Made by a program: the position numbers and the translations under genes. From Octopus sinensis (taxonomy: Eukaryota): a stretch of DNA of 64,000 nucleotides. Shown here one piece after another: positions 1 through 12,730 of the stretch. The stretch covers positions 83,018,001 through 83,082,000 of the forward strand of contig NC_043003.1 in the NCBI RefSeq assembly GCF_006345805.1. The letters are read 5' to 3'. The number at the start of each line of letters is the position of its first letter. Within the stretch, counting starts at the first letter, position 1. A model generated the notes under the pieces. That model did no database searches. It saw only the letters and a program-made list of their open reading frames with translations, and was not told the DNA's origin.

Positions 1-493
1 AAGTGCATCTGAATTCAGATGTTTTACATTCAGTAATCATGGATCTCCATCTGTTTCGATGATGAGTAATCAGCTGTTCAATTAACTGAACTACCTTCTC
101 ATTAAATGTAGCGATGATCAAGTTGCTGAACATTCCACAGATCCACATGCCTATAACGTAATTCTCTTACATTGTTTAAGTTGAACCGACTCTATGGCTA
201 AAATCGCTTGATGAAAAACCATAACATAGAGTAGATCTTGAATTCTTGTGATTTCTGGGGGTAATTCTTGACACTCCTCAGCAACACCAAAAAAGGCACG
301 TACAGACTTGCTGTGCGTTGAAATATAAATAAAAACACATTCCTACTACGTTTTTCTTTCATGTACCAACTGTTGTTCTCTCCACGTAACAGGCATACCT
401 GGCTTCCTTCCGCAATGAAAAGTATAAGATATTCAGTATACGATAAAACTGCCGTAAATTACGCTAGTGACACAGTAGACAGCTTAATTTTCA

Positions 494-729
494 AGGCGGC
501 GAGCTGGAAGAAACGTTAGTACGCCAGACGAAATGCTTAGAGTTATTTCGTCAGCCGTTACGTTCTGAGTTCAAAGTCCGCCGAGGTCAACTTTGCCTTT
601 CATCCTTTCGGGGTCGATTAAATAAGTACCAGTAACGCACTGGGGTCGATGTTATCGACTTAATCCGTTTGTCTGTCCTTGTGTGTCCCCTCTGTGTTTA
701 GCCCCTTGTGGGTAGTAAAGAAATAAGAA
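494..729 (+). mobile_element. tRNA-derived SINE, family A (GGCGAGCTGG head), full length with 13-bp TSD
   Basis: Head GGCGGCGAGCTGG, B-box-like GAGTTCAAAGTCC, body CTTTCATCCTTTCGGGGTCGAT shared with many copies in the window; AGCTTAATTTTCA duplicated at 481-493 and 730-742. Confidence 0.9.
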
Positions 730-1319
730 AGCTTAATTTTCATATTTATACTTTAGACGGCTCAACATCAATTATACAGTTAGTTATATATTATGAAAAC
801 ATGGCGTGAATTAAAAGAACTAAACTCAATGTAAATATTATATCTAGCTTTCGGTGAAACAAGAATAGAAGCGCTTGCTGCCTTTGCATTTGGTATGCGA
901 AAATAAAAGAAGGAATCTCTTGATGTCAGCTTCCCTTTCGTTTACTGCCCCTGAAGGGAAACGCATCCTGACTTCAAGAGTAAAGAATATTCAGCTTGCG
1001 CTCTAGTGGATGGCTTCACTTATATAATTCTGCAGTTGATGGCTCCTTATAAACTGAGTCATATATAATGAGTCATCACATCGATATCTAAAAGAAAACG
1101 CTGATGGGGTTTAAATAAGAAGGTAAATAGTTATGTACATAAAACCAAACCATACCCATCAGTGACAAACAAGTATGGCATGGTAGCATATAATTCCTTT
1201 CTCTAATTGTTTCATATGTACTTGCCCGTGTTAGATTCTCTTTCGAACTTCCAAAATTTCACCATGCAGAATATCTAGGAAGTGACAAGTGATTGAAAGT
1301 AAGCTATACAGTATTTAAC

Positions 1320-1440
1320 TAGTACTGATTTGAAGGTAAAATAATGTCTGTCACTTGGTCACGAACATAGAACGCTGCCCGGAACTGGAATCGAACAATC
1401 AACTTGTGATCGTGAACCCAAAATTTTAAAATCAAAACTA
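1320..1440 (-). mobile_element. Decayed tRNA-derived SINE fragment (family F)
   Basis: Minus strand reads GGGTTCACGATCACAAGTTGATTGTTCGATTCC, similar to the copy at 45100-45310. Confidence 0.45.
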
Positions 1441-1685
1441 CAAATGCATAGCTGCAGATACATAGATATAAATATATATATTGATGTATATATATATATA
1501 TCAAATAGTTCCCGGTATCAATAGGTTCCCAGACTAGTTCTGTACACAATACACAGTTGCATGCGCATTGAGAGCTACAAGTGACCTTCATAAAGCAGGG
1601 CGCAGGTTGATATCACTGAGTTTATCTCACAACTTGAAAAAATTATGTTCTGGAGATCACTTGTTTGCTATAGTCTGCGATTTTT

Positions 1686-2258
1686 TGAAATTTTGCGTTA
1701 GACGTCTGCTACAGAGATTTTGACCATGCTTCGGCAAGATTATGGCAATGATGCAATGGGTCGTACGCTATGTTTCGAGTGGCACAGACGCTTCAAAACC
1801 GGAAGAACGTCTCTGGAAGACGATGAGGGATCTGAAAGTGGATGAGTGATCTGGAAAACCAGCCACGAGTATCACCTCCGGATGTGTGGAGTCGGAAGAC
1901 AATCAATGATGCTTTGAAGCACTTGAAGGAAGAGCGCAAAGAATTGTATTCTTCAATGTACCCTCTCACCGAGATCTCCCCACTCGCTAAAAAAAATACG
2001 GTATCGCTTCGGCGCCTGTAAAATTCCATCTCTTCACCAAGATGAAAATTCAACTCAAAGGTCACTGTTTTAACACTGTTGTCGAGATTAAGAGCAAATC
2101 ACAGAATGTTCTCGACTAGCTTATGGAAAACGATGTCTAGGCCGTATTTCGAAATATTACAGGAAGGTTAGGGCCGGTGTATTACTTTTACTACACAAGG
2201 TGAGTACTTCAAAGGTGATACTGTTAAAACTTAGGTAAATAAGTTATTTTTTATTAAA
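1686..2258 (+). mobile_element. Internally deleted mariner transposase relic
   Basis: Translates to KFC..SATEILTMLRQDYGNDAMGRTLCFEWHRRFKTGRTSLEDDEGS (mariner N-terminal HTH) and FHLFTKMKIQLKGHCFNTVVEIK..QGEYFKGD (C-terminus); stops and frameshifts present. Confidence 0.85.
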
Positions 2259-2606
2259 CATAACTATATATATGTATATGCATATTTTGATTATATATAA
2301 AAATAAGAATGCATGCGTATCTGTGTGTATATTTTGTATGAATGTTTGTATATTTCTATAGTCATATGTATACATTTTATGTATTTCAATTGATTTGTAT
2401 ATATAAATGTTGTGAACATGCATGTTCATGTATACACCCGTATATATGTGTATATCAGTGTATATAGTTTCTGTGCCAATTCGCTTTTTTTTTTTCTTTT
2501 TCCTTTCCGTGTGTATTTTCGTGTTTTATTTTCATTTTTCTTATATTGTTCTTCCTTTTCTTCGTTTTCGTCAATATATATATTTTCCCACTTATTTTAT
2601 CTCACC

Positions 2607-2609
<3 letters not shown>

Positions 2610-2655
<46 letters not shown>

Positions 2656-2678
2656 ATATATATATACATATATATATA
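2610..2678. repeat. (TA)n microsatellite
   Basis: Direct reading. Confidence 0.95.
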
Positions 2679-2679
2679 G

Positions 2680-2838
2680 GGAGGGCTGCGTCTATTAAAT
2701 CGACCTAGTGTTCAAATAGAAGTTATATTATCGACCCCGAAAAGTTGAAAGACAACGTCAATCCCAATGGTATTTGAACTCAGAGCGTAAAGACGAACGA
2801 ACAGCTGCTAAACAATGTGCCCGGCGTGCTAACGATTT
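2680..2838 (-). mobile_element. Decayed SINE, family E (A-related core, different 3' end)
   Basis: Shares TCGACCCCGAAA..TTTGAACTCAGA..CCGGCGTGCTAACG with family A copies. Confidence 0.65.
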
Positions 2839-3439
2839 CTATTTCTTTCTTGCCGACAAGGAGCTAAACATAGAGGGGACAAACAAGGACATACAAAGGT
2901 ATTAAGTCGATTACATCGACCCCAGTGCGGAACTGGTACTTAATTTAATCGACCCCGAAAGGATGAAAAGCAAATTCGACCTCGGTGGAATTTGAACTCA
3001 GAATGTAACGGCAGACGAAATACCTATCTCTTTACTACCCACAAGGGGCTACTTATAGAGAGGGCAAACAAGGACAGACAAACGAATTAAGTCAAATATA
3101 TCGACCCCCAGTGCGTAACTGGTACTTATTTAATTGACCACGAAAGGATGAAAGACAAAGTCGACCTCGGCGGAATTTGAACTCAGAACGTAGCGGCAGA
3201 CGAAATACCTATTTCTTTACTACTCACTAGGGGCTAAACATAGAGATGACAAACAAAGACGGACAAACGGATTAAGTCGATTATATCGATCCCAGTGCGT
3301 AACTGGTACTTAATTTATCGACCTCGAAAGGATGAAAAGCAAAATCGACCTCGGCGGAACTTGAACTCAAAACGTAACGGCAGCCGAAATACGGCTACGC
3401 ATTTCGCCAGCGTGCTATCGTTTCTGCCAGCTCGCCGCC
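2839..3439 (-). mobile_element. Tandem trimer of SINE family A (one full copy plus two headless 185-bp units)
   Basis: Units at 2839-3023, 3024-3208 and 3209-3439; both junctions are at the same internal position (minus-strand AG|GTATTTCGTCTGCC). Confidence 0.9.
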
Positions 3440-3789
3440 TTAGTCCACATATATTTTCAGACCGACGCTGTAATTCAAACAAACGTGTGTCTGTGTGTTA
3501 ATGTACGTGTATGCGTGCGAGCAAGCGAGCGTGTGATTGCGTATGCCTTGTTATATGCCTCTGAGTATCCTGTTCATTAATATTTTTGCTTGCAGGCACA
3601 TTGCCCCCCGTCACTTACACCTCTACTTTCACCTCTGTCCCGCCCCCATGGCTATACGCCTTTCCTTCGTCTACTGGCACCGTCCCACTAACCTACTGAT
3701 ACCACGCCATCACTATGCATCTATCATCACTTTCGTCGCTTTCAATAGATGCTTCCCTCATCATTTTAGATACTGTTTATCCACCCACC

Positions 3790-4174
3790 AGTGGAGGCGC
3801 AATAGCCCAGTGGTTAGGGCAGCGGACTCGCGGTCGTAGGATCGTGGTTTCGATTCCCAGACCGGGCGTTGTGAGTGTTTATTGAGCGAAAACATCTAAA
3901 GCTCCACGAGGCTCCGGCAGGGATGGTGGTGATCCCTGCTGTACTCTTTCACCACAACTTTCTCTCACTCTTACTTCCTGTTTCTGTTGTACCTGTATTT
4001 CAAAGGGCCGACCTTATCACTCTCTGTGTCACGCTGAATATCCCCAAGAACTACGTTAAGGGTACCCGTGTCTGTGGAGTGCTCAGTCACTTACACGTTA
4101 ATTTCACGAGCAGGCTGTTCCGTTGATCGGATCAACCGGAACCCTCATCGTCGTAACCGACGGAGTGCTTCCAC
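3790..4174 (+). mobile_element. tRNA(Arg)-like SINE, family C, full length with 11-bp TSD
   Basis: A box TAGCCCAGTGG, B box GGTTTCGATTCC, TCG at the anticodon position, about 300 bp non-tRNA body; ATCCACCCACC duplicated at 3779-3789 and 4175-4185. Consistent with described tRNA-Arg-derived octopus SINEs; family name not verified. Confidence 0.85.
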
Positions 4175-4422
4175 ATCCACCCACCTTTCCAGTCACCACG
4201 ACTTGTCATAGATGCATCCATTTTATACTTTTTCTATATATCTATTCTGAAGTTTCATATTTAAATGGCCGTCGGGTGAAACAAAATATTTTTTGCCAGA
4301 CTCATAGGTATGGATTGACATACATACATACATACACATATATGTATCTGTGTGTGTGTGAGTACATATAATATATATATATGTATATATACATGCATAT
4401 ATACATATATATTTATACACAC

Positions 4423-4464
<42 letters not shown>

Positions 4465-4608
4465 TTATTATATAGAAGGAGCTTCTACAGGACTAGAACT
4501 GTTTCATTCAAAAGAAATCATCAGGAAGCTGATGATTTGTATTGAGTACCTTATTTACTGTGGTTAACCCCGACTCAACCCGGGACCTACATATATATAT
4601 CTATAGAT

Positions 4609-4688
<80 letters not shown>

Positions 4689-5812
4689 CAGGATGTCCCA
4701 AAAAGATGTATACACACTTTAGCAGCTGATATCTCAACTGATGTTTATTTTTTCCAGATTAAACATAGTGGATTTTATGATGGCAATCAGACTAAGCTTT
4801 GAACAAAGGAAATTCATTTTAAAGGAAAACACCACGCCAGGAAGTTTGAAAACGCAGTTGAAGTGCAAGGACAGTTTAGGAGGAAGTTCCAAACAGTTCG
4901 ACCAACGCGACTTACTATCACTCAAATTAGATATAAGTTTGGAACCGATGCAACTATTCAGACAGTCTGTGGGAAGCGTTCCGGAAGGCCACGAACATCG
5001 ACAACCACCACAAAGCAAGAAGGATTGCTGGAAACGTATCACCAATGTACCAGACAATTTGTGCGGTAAGCGATTTGTGAGGTAGGTATTTCAAAATCGT
5101 TTGCCCAACGCATTTTGAACCATTGTCATAGGAAAAGTTACGTACCAAGATTAGTCCATGCTGTTAATGACAATGATCCAGACTGAAGAGTACAGTATTG
5201 CGAGTGATACTTGGCACGATGTGTAGAAAATGAACACTTTCCAACAAAGATTGTGTGGAGTGATGAGGCCACATTCAAAGTAAATTGTTCAATTAACAGT
5301 GACATTTGCACCAACTGGAGACCTGAGAATCCGCATGTTATGGTAGAACCCCATGTTAATTTCCCTGGAGTTGCAGTGTGGTGCGACTTATCAGCAAGAG
5401 GATTAATTGGACCATTCATTTTTTGACGCTACCTTGAACTTGCTGAAAAAGTATATCTTGCCAAGTATTAGAGAAGACTTTGAAGCTGAGGAGTTTTCTT
5501 TTTCAGCAAGATAGGGCAAACCCACACTACCCTCGCGATGTTAGCTCCTTCCTTGTTAAGATCTTGCCAAAACAAGTGGATTGGACGAGAATGCACACAA
5601 ATACCAAACGAATTGTTTCGTAATATTTGCGATTCTATTGCTTCGCGTTTTCATCAATCCCTAGACCAGAACGAACGTCAGTTTGAAGGCAGACGATGAC
5701 AAAACAATAAAATAATGTGTGTGGATTCTATTAAATTTTGAAATGGAAATGTATTTTAATAAACATATAATTTACAATTATCTAAAATGTGTATACACTT
5801 TTTGGAACACCG
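4689..5812 (+). mobile_element. Tc1/mariner-superfamily transposon with TIRs, internally deleted pseudogene
   Basis: TIRs CAGGATGTCCCAAAAAGATGTATACAC / GTGTATACACTTTTTGGAACACCG with TA flanks; fragments [63 protein letters not shown]. Confidence 0.9.
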
Positions 5813-6384
5813 TATATATATATATATATGTATGTGGGGGGGTGTATATATGTATATATATAAAGTTATCGAACATATTTTGTTCGTCATTTATAATTTG
5901 TTTGGAACCAACGACAACACCTCGAAATTCACCAAAGTTTCCAGAAGTTGTCGGTCGTATCATCTGCATTCAATCTTTTTTAGTAGTATTTTTTTATTGC
6001 CACTTTATGCTATCCAGGAATCACGGCAATGATATTGCGTTAAAGATAAAGCCGTTATCACTGGATTTGAAACATTTCACAGCTTGTATCAATATATTTT
6101 TTTCCTCCATCGAGAATGTGTTATGTTTTTGTGTTTTCATATCACTATTAATAACACTTCCCATGACTAATCTAGGTTTCTAGAAATTCAATATAAAATA
6201 GTTTTTATCAACAAATATTTTTCTTTTTTTTTTTTCTAATGATCGTCAACATGTCTTATTTTCACCTGACGTGGTGTTTCCTTTTCAAAATTCCCCATGT
6301 GATATGAAATCTGAATATTTCATTAGATTTGATTAGATATATGATTAAATTTTGGACAGTTTAATCCCTAGCTTAAATCATTGC

Positions 6385-6545
6385 ATTTCACCTCCTCTGC
6401 TACATCTGTTACAAAAGTCAAGCGCAGCATATGTTTTTCTTTTTTCATTTGCTGAGCCTGTATGAAGACTGACTCAGTATGCATTACCTTCGAATGTCGG
6501 TGAGACTGATTCCGTTATGACTCCGCTTGGACTGTTAAACGTTAA
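6385..6545 (+). repeat. Unclassified dispersed repeat, copy 1 of 3
   Basis: Homologous to 8000-8100 (+) and 8835-9005 (-); shared TTTGCTG.GCCTG.ATGAA..TTGCCTTCGAACGTC. Confidence 0.6.
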
Positions 6546-7372
6546 AGACTGGAAAAAAAAACGAATAATAATAATAATAATAAAACATGAACAATGAAGC
6601 AATTTCAGAAGACCGAATTTCCATTGCTAGTGTATTGAGTGTACTAGTTAGAGTTGAGAAGAGCAGCAATTACTTTTACTAAAACGTGGGAGCCTTATAA
6701 CATATCAAAAACAAAAACAGAAAAGATAAAGTAGTTTCGTTTTCTTCATTATTTAGCGACAGAAAAACGATTTTACACGTTTGAAAAGTTATATCGAACG
6801 TCGTTGCATTCATGTTGCACCATAAAAAAATGAAAGAATGAAACATAAGTGATATCAAGTTTTATATATATATTAAACTACTATTTGAAATATTGATTTA
6901 GCTTTTGTTGAAAATACGTCTTGCTGCTGAGTTGCCTTACTACTAATATAACTTCACAAAGTTACATAAATTATCGTACCATTTTGCCCCGCGGCGCAAT
7001 CATTTTCTTTCACTTTGTGAACTGTCTTTATTTCCTCTCTGCCGACAAAAGCCATCATTGCCCTCCGCGGATTCTACTCTTTCAGTGACCACTCATACTT
7101 TGATGTACAAGAACTGTTAAGTGCAGAAATGGTAAAGGCACAGACAAACTGCTGAGGGGTGTTTAGTTCCGTTCGCTTACTGTACGTAACTTAAAGACCG
7201 TTGCAGTAGACTTTGTTTATACCCTTTCAAGAGCGATAAAAAAAGAGTAACGGTCAAGTATTTGATTCGATTTGATTATTCCTTGAGCCGATGTTAACAA
7301 TCAATATTATTAATACGATTATATTTTTTCGATATATTTATCACCAGTGCTAGACATCAAAACAGTCTTAAT

Positions 7373-7991
7373 ATTGGTTTCAAATGTTGGCACAAAGCCA
7401 GCATGTTCGGGGAAGGGGTTATATGTCGATTGCATCAGCCTCAGTGCTCGATTCTTATTTATTTCATCGACTCCAAAAGGATGAAAGGCAAAGTGGATTA
7501 CAGAGGAATTTGACTCAGATCATAAAGACGAACGAAATGCAGTTAAGCATTTGCCCGTTTAGGTAACGATTCTGTGATCTTGGGTGTTCTTGTAAGTATT
7601 GATGTCAGCTTTTGGCACAAGGCCAGCAAGTTCGCTGATGAAGCTATGTCAGTTACATCGACTCCCAGTGCTCAGTTGTGATTTCCTTTATCGAACTCCG
7701 GAAGAGGTGAAATGAAGCATTGACCTCGGCTGGAATTAAACTAAGACCGTAAAGACGGACGAAATGCAGCTTAGCATATTGCCCGATTGGCAACGATTCT
7801 GTACGTTAAAAAATTGGTTTCAAATTTGGGCACAAAGCCAGCAATTTTATGGTTGAGGGTGTAAGTCGATTACATCGACCCCAAAACTCAACAGATACTC
7901 ATTTTATACGTCGTCGAAAGGGGTGAAAGGCAGCCAACACCGGCAGAATTTGAACTCAGAGTGTAAAAGAGGGACGAAATGATTCTAAGCC
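7373..7991 (-). mobile_element. Cluster of three decayed family E SINEs
   Basis: Three successive units each beginning TTGGCACAAAGCCAGCA and ending near GACGAAATGC..AACGATTCT on the plus strand. Confidence 0.75.
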
Positions 7992-8186
7992 TAGACTAAT
8001 AAATCTGCTTAAAATGTCATGCGCAGTGCTGTATATGATTTTCTTTTTCACTTGCTAGCCCTGGATGAAAGTGTTTTTTACATTGCCTTCGAACGTCGTT
8101 CTACCTTAAAATAGAGAAAACTTGACATCACTTTTGTAAGTTTTGGAGTAACATGACTGCAATGATGTTCGAAATAGCTTCTCATA

Positions 8187-8611
8187 GGCTCAGGAGTGGC
8201 TGTGTGGTAAGTAGCTTGCTTATCAACCACATGGTTCTGGGCTCAGTCTCACTGCGTGGCACCTTGGGCAAGTGTCTTCAACTATAGCCTCGGGCCGACC
8301 AAATCCTTGTGAGTGAATTTGGTAGATGGAAACTGAAAGAAGCCTGTCGTATGTATGTATATATATATATATATATAATATATATATATATCTGTGTGTG
8401 CGTGTGTGTTTGTGTGTCTAGGTTTGTCCCCCCAGCATCTCTTGACAACCGATGCTGGTGTGTTTACGTCCCCGTAACTTAGCCGTTCAGCAAAAGAGAA
8501 CGATACAATAAGTACTAGGCTTACGAAGAATAAGTCCTGGGATCGATTTACTCGACTATAGGCGGTGCTCCGGCATGGCCGCAGTCAAATGACTGAAACA
8601 ATTAAAAGAGT
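8187..8611 (+). mobile_element. SINE family B (GGCGCAGGAGTGGCTGTGTGG head) with internal (TA)n(TG)n
   Basis: tRNA-like head, ACCTTGGGCAAGTGTCTT core, internal microsatellite, tail GCAGTCAAATGACTGAAACA; eight full or partial copies in the window. Confidence 0.9.
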
Positions 8612-8834
8612 ACACGTATAAAATCGTTTTAGTGTCACTAAATAATGAAGAAAACAAGACTAGTTCATTTCTTTTCGTTCTTTTGATAAGTTACGAGGCT
8701 CCCATATTTAAGTAAAAGTAATTACTACTCCTATCTACACTAACTAGTACATTCAATACTCCAACACAGAATCTTCAGCCTCCAAGATTGCTTCATTGTC
8801 CCTGTGTTATTATTATATATTTTCTTTTTTCCAG

Positions 8835-9005
8835 GCTCTAACGTGGTTCCAAGCTGAACCATAACAGAATCAGTCTCACCAAACTCAGGTGACGTTCGAA
8901 GGCAACGTATACTACGTTTTCATCCAGGCCCAGCAAATGAAAGAAAAAACATGTATTATACTATGCATGACTTTTCTAACAGATTTAGCAGTGTCAGTGA
9001 AATGA
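8835..9005 (-). repeat. Unclassified dispersed repeat, copy 3 of 3
   Basis: Reverse complement aligns with 6385-6545. Confidence 0.6.
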
Positions 9006-9045
9006 TAACGATTCTGACAGCTCGCCACCTTTGTTTGTATAAACA

Positions 9046-9243
9046 GTGATTTCAAATTTTTGCACGAACAGTTTTTGGGGAGAGGGTAAACAGATTGCGT
9101 AGTTATCAAATGGTACTTATTTTATCAAGTGGTACCTCCGGGAAGATAAAAAGCAAAGTCGACCGTGGCAAAATTTTATCGTAGAACATAAAGATGGATG
9201 AATTACCACTGAGCACTTCGCCCGGCGTGCTAACGACTCTCCT
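9046..9243 (-). mobile_element. Decayed family E SINE
   Basis: GCAAAGTCGACC..TTCGCCCGGCGTGCTAACGACTC as in other copies. Confidence 0.65.
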
Positions 9244-9322
9244 AGTTCACTGCCTTTGTACGTATAAATATTTCTTTTATTCTTTTATTCACTGCCTTTG
9301 TACGTATAAATATTTATTTTAT

Positions 9323-9663
9323 TCTTTTATTTGTTTCAGTCATTTGACTGCGACCATACTGGAGCACTACCTTTTTATGTCGAGCAAATCGACCTCACGA
9401 CTTATTATTTGTAAATCTAGTACTTATTCTATTGGTCTGTTTTGCCGAACCGCTAAGTTACGAGGTGAGGCCAAACACAGACACACAAACACATACACAA
9501 ACATGTATACAACGGGCTTGTTTCAGTTTCCGTCTACCAAATCCACTCACACGGCTTTGGTCGGCCCGAGCTATAGTAGAAGGTACTTGCCCAAGGAGCC
9601 ACGCAGTGGGACTGAATCCCAAACCATGTGGTTGGTAAGCAAGTTACTTACCACTCCTGCGCC
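9323..9663 (-). mobile_element. SINE family B
   Basis: Reverse complement of the family B consensus, ending CCACTCCTGCGCC. Confidence 0.9.
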
Positions 9664-10580
9664 TATCAAAATATTTTTTTTATATTCTTGAGTGTCATTA
9701 ATAGTCTAAAATGATCACATTCAGACGTTTGACTATTGTTATCATTTTATATAATACAATAAATATATATACCAGAAAAAGCAAACCTCCAGACTAATTA
9801 CTTGAATTAATTCCATTCTGCTGGACCATGATTTCAAACCCCATGTCAAATGAACTCGCTCGCTGTCTGTGATTAACGAATTTAAAACCTGTACCATACT
9901 GGTTCTAACCATTCTAATACACGTATTTCCTTACAAAAATTTGCTGCATGTCACTGCGATAAATCCTTATTACATAAAAGGTAAAAGCCCTAAATTTCAC
10001 AGCCTTTTCAACATGTGGTTTCCTTACACTCTCGATGACATATATGTGGGTGGCTGTTATTGCATACGCAGGTATTTCGCTCGTGATAGTTGTCAATTTA
10101 TTTTAGTAAATACCATTTCCTATAATAGAAAGTCTTCTTACTCTTCATCATATATGAATAAATACCAAGGTAACAGCACAAGACATTTATGCACCACGAA
10201 AGTCATGTTCGATAAAGAAATGTATTGTATACAAAGCAGAATCACAGATTCTTTTTTCTGAAAATACACATCACCATCGTAACCACACTCTAAAACGACG
10301 TGTTTTGAAACAGTGTGAGAACCCATCTGAGGGGAACATATTCTATCAGCAAGTTTGTTTCGCACGTATATTTTCTTTGCTCCTGTCGTTTATAAATGCA
10401 TGAACTGTGTCGGTGTGGGTCTCTGTTTTACTTCTGTCTACAAATGTATTTTTTTCAGTGTGCATGTTTCAGTTATAGCGACTTTTTTTATCATACCTTT
10501 GATATTCTTTTTTTCGATATTCTTATCCGTTTCACGTTTCACAGATGCTTTTCATTTGTTAACACTTTTGCTTCACTAAA

Positions 10581-10614
<34 letters not shown>

Positions 10615-10906
10615 GTGCATGTGTGTGTGAGAGAGAGAGATAGAGAGAGAGAGAGAGCAGGTACTTACATGTGTGTACGTGTTTGTGCATATTCGTTTCT
10701 ATTTCTATATTTACATCTGCAAATCTATGTATGCATGCATATAAAATTTTGTATATATTGTATGTACATGGCATGTGCGTATTTACGTGTATATGTATAT
10801 GTGTGCGCTCATGTATGTATACATATATATAGTAATACAGGTGAAAAAGTGTGAATTTAAATTCGCCCTTTAATTCGGAGGTTTCTAATATATATATATG
10901 AAAGAG

Positions 10907-10944
10907 TCTTTAACGTTTCGAGCCTACGCTCTTCCACAGAAAGG
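10907..10944 (-). ncRNA. Minimal type I hammerhead-like motif with variant core CUGUGGA
   Basis: Minus strand: CCTTT CTGTGGA A GAGC-GTAG-GCTC GAAA CG TT AAAGA; helix I 4 bp, helix II 4 bp, palindromic ACGT helix III, GUU site; A6 replaced by U. Confidence 0.6.
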
Positions 10945-11049
10945 AACACAGAAAGAAACAAGGAGAGAAAATAAAGAATGCGTAGAGGCTAGCGATCTAT
11001 CACAGATTGATAGATAGATAGATAAAGAGAGAGAGAGAGAGAGAGATGT

Positions 11050-11154
11050 ATCATATATATATATATCATATGCATATATATATATATGTATATATATCAT
11101 ATGCATATATATATATAATATATATATTATATATATATATGTATATATATCATA

Positions 11155-11201
<47 letters not shown>

Positions 11202-11206
11202 TAAGC

Positions 11207-11238
<32 letters not shown>

Positions 11239-11242
11239 CAAC
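11050..11242. repeat. TA-rich minisatellite with recurring ATCATATGCAT unit
   Basis: Four to five units of ATATCAT(A/AA)TGCAT(AT)n. Confidence 0.85.
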
Positions 11243-12496
11243 ATACTGAATAACTAGAGTTCATATAATTTGTTTGCTTGAAACTGAGGATTCTTGAATG
11301 GTTTATCTAAGTTTTTGTTGCCTATTTTCCAAGCAGTTATATCAAGAAACCAGTATGACAATAAAGAAGCAAAATTGTTTATATACACAGAAAATAAGGT
11401 TAGTTATTGAGATTCGAGTGGCTTTAAAACATTCATTATTCATTTACCAATTCAAGCATCGTATGTAGAACACGTGATATGGTTATGTATTTACACGCAA
11501 CATCACATTGTTTTTTCACATGTTGAGTATCATATAAGTATATCATGCAATTCAAGGAATTTGGCTATTTTTAATAAATAGCTAAAGCTGGTGAATAAAG
11601 CTGATGAATAAATGTGCATTTTAATATTACAACGACTCCGGCTCACAAGTGGTAATTATTCTATCGAATCCGAGAGGCACGAAGGGCAAAGTCGACACCG
11701 GCAGGATTTGAAATCAGAGTGTAAAAGAGGGACGAAATGCTGCCAGTCATTTTACTCGGTGTACTAACAATAATACTGTTGAAATTGTCTGCAACAACTC
11801 GATAACCGTCAAACAAAAACAGTCCAAAAATTTTGATGATAAGCGGCACTACATTTTAATTCCTGATAAATTAAAATGATGTGTTTTTGTGATGCGTATA
11901 TTCTCAGTACCTCAACAGGTGCAATATTTGGTGAATAACTGACCCATTTAATTTTAATGCAGCTGCGTCACTGCGGACAATCTTTGTTAGAAAGTATGCA
12001 CCTCATATAAATCTTACCACATATACTCACAAAACTCCTCTATCTACCCTGATTTTCTCCATTGAAGATTACGGATTATTTTTGGAAATTGGCAGGACTT
12101 CAAATTGCAATAGACGCTTGATTTTGATATTCCTATCTCAAGAAACCGCACACATTGTCTTGGGAACACATTTCTAGTACCTTTACTCGATCGTGGGCTT
12201 GTCGATGACTGCATTATTCCTGTAGTTATTCTGAACTAACTACACATTTATCTCTGATTTGAGTGGTGATTAGCAGCGTAGATGGATCTGTCTGAATCAC
12301 CTCCTAAAATTGTCTTTACATTTTGATTATCTTTAGTAAGTTCCTATAGCACTTCAGAACAATTGTCCTTTGTTCAAAGCTCAATGTGGCTCTCTTCCTT
12401 ATTGCCTATGTGTTAAAACACAAAAGAAATTACAACTGCGCTATCAGCTGTTAAAGACGTTATACATTTCTTGTAAAACAGTGTGCATATATATAT

Positions 12497-12497
<1 letters not shown>

Positions 12498-12570
<73 letters not shown>

Positions 12571-12610
12571 GAAGAGAGAACGGGAGCAAATAAGAGAGAG
12601 GAGAGAGAGA
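12498..12610. repeat. (AGAT)n followed by (AG)n
   Basis: Direct reading. Confidence 0.95.
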
Positions 12611-12687
12611 ATACACTATTGACTGATTTTCGATAAAGAAAGCTTCATTATCTAGTCACTTAGGTGATGCTTCTCTTGCTATTTAGT

Positions 12688-12730
12688 GCTGAAGAGAACT
12701 AAGGTGTTCGAAAGGCAGTAGAGAGCCTAC
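12688..12730 (+). ncRNA. Type I hammerhead motif with intact core and weak helix I
   Basis: CTGAAGA(12689-95) GAAC-TAAGGT-GTTC GAAA(12710-13) GGC-AGTAGAGA-GCC TA; CUA site; only 1 bp of proximal helix I. Confidence 0.6.

Noticed and set aside
2839-3439. CRISPR-like or satellite array
   Set aside because: The units are approx. 185-bp SINE bodies with no unique spacers; eukaryotic context.
3793-3865. tRNA-like sequences (also 15620-15690 and the SINE A and B heads)
   Set aside because: No proper acceptor-stem closure, and they continue into repeat bodies; these are SINE heads, not tRNA genes.
9869-10261. 130-aa non-repetitive ORF with a hydrophobic N-terminus
   Set aside because: GTG start, no recognisable domain and no clear splice context; cannot be supported as a gene without a homology search.
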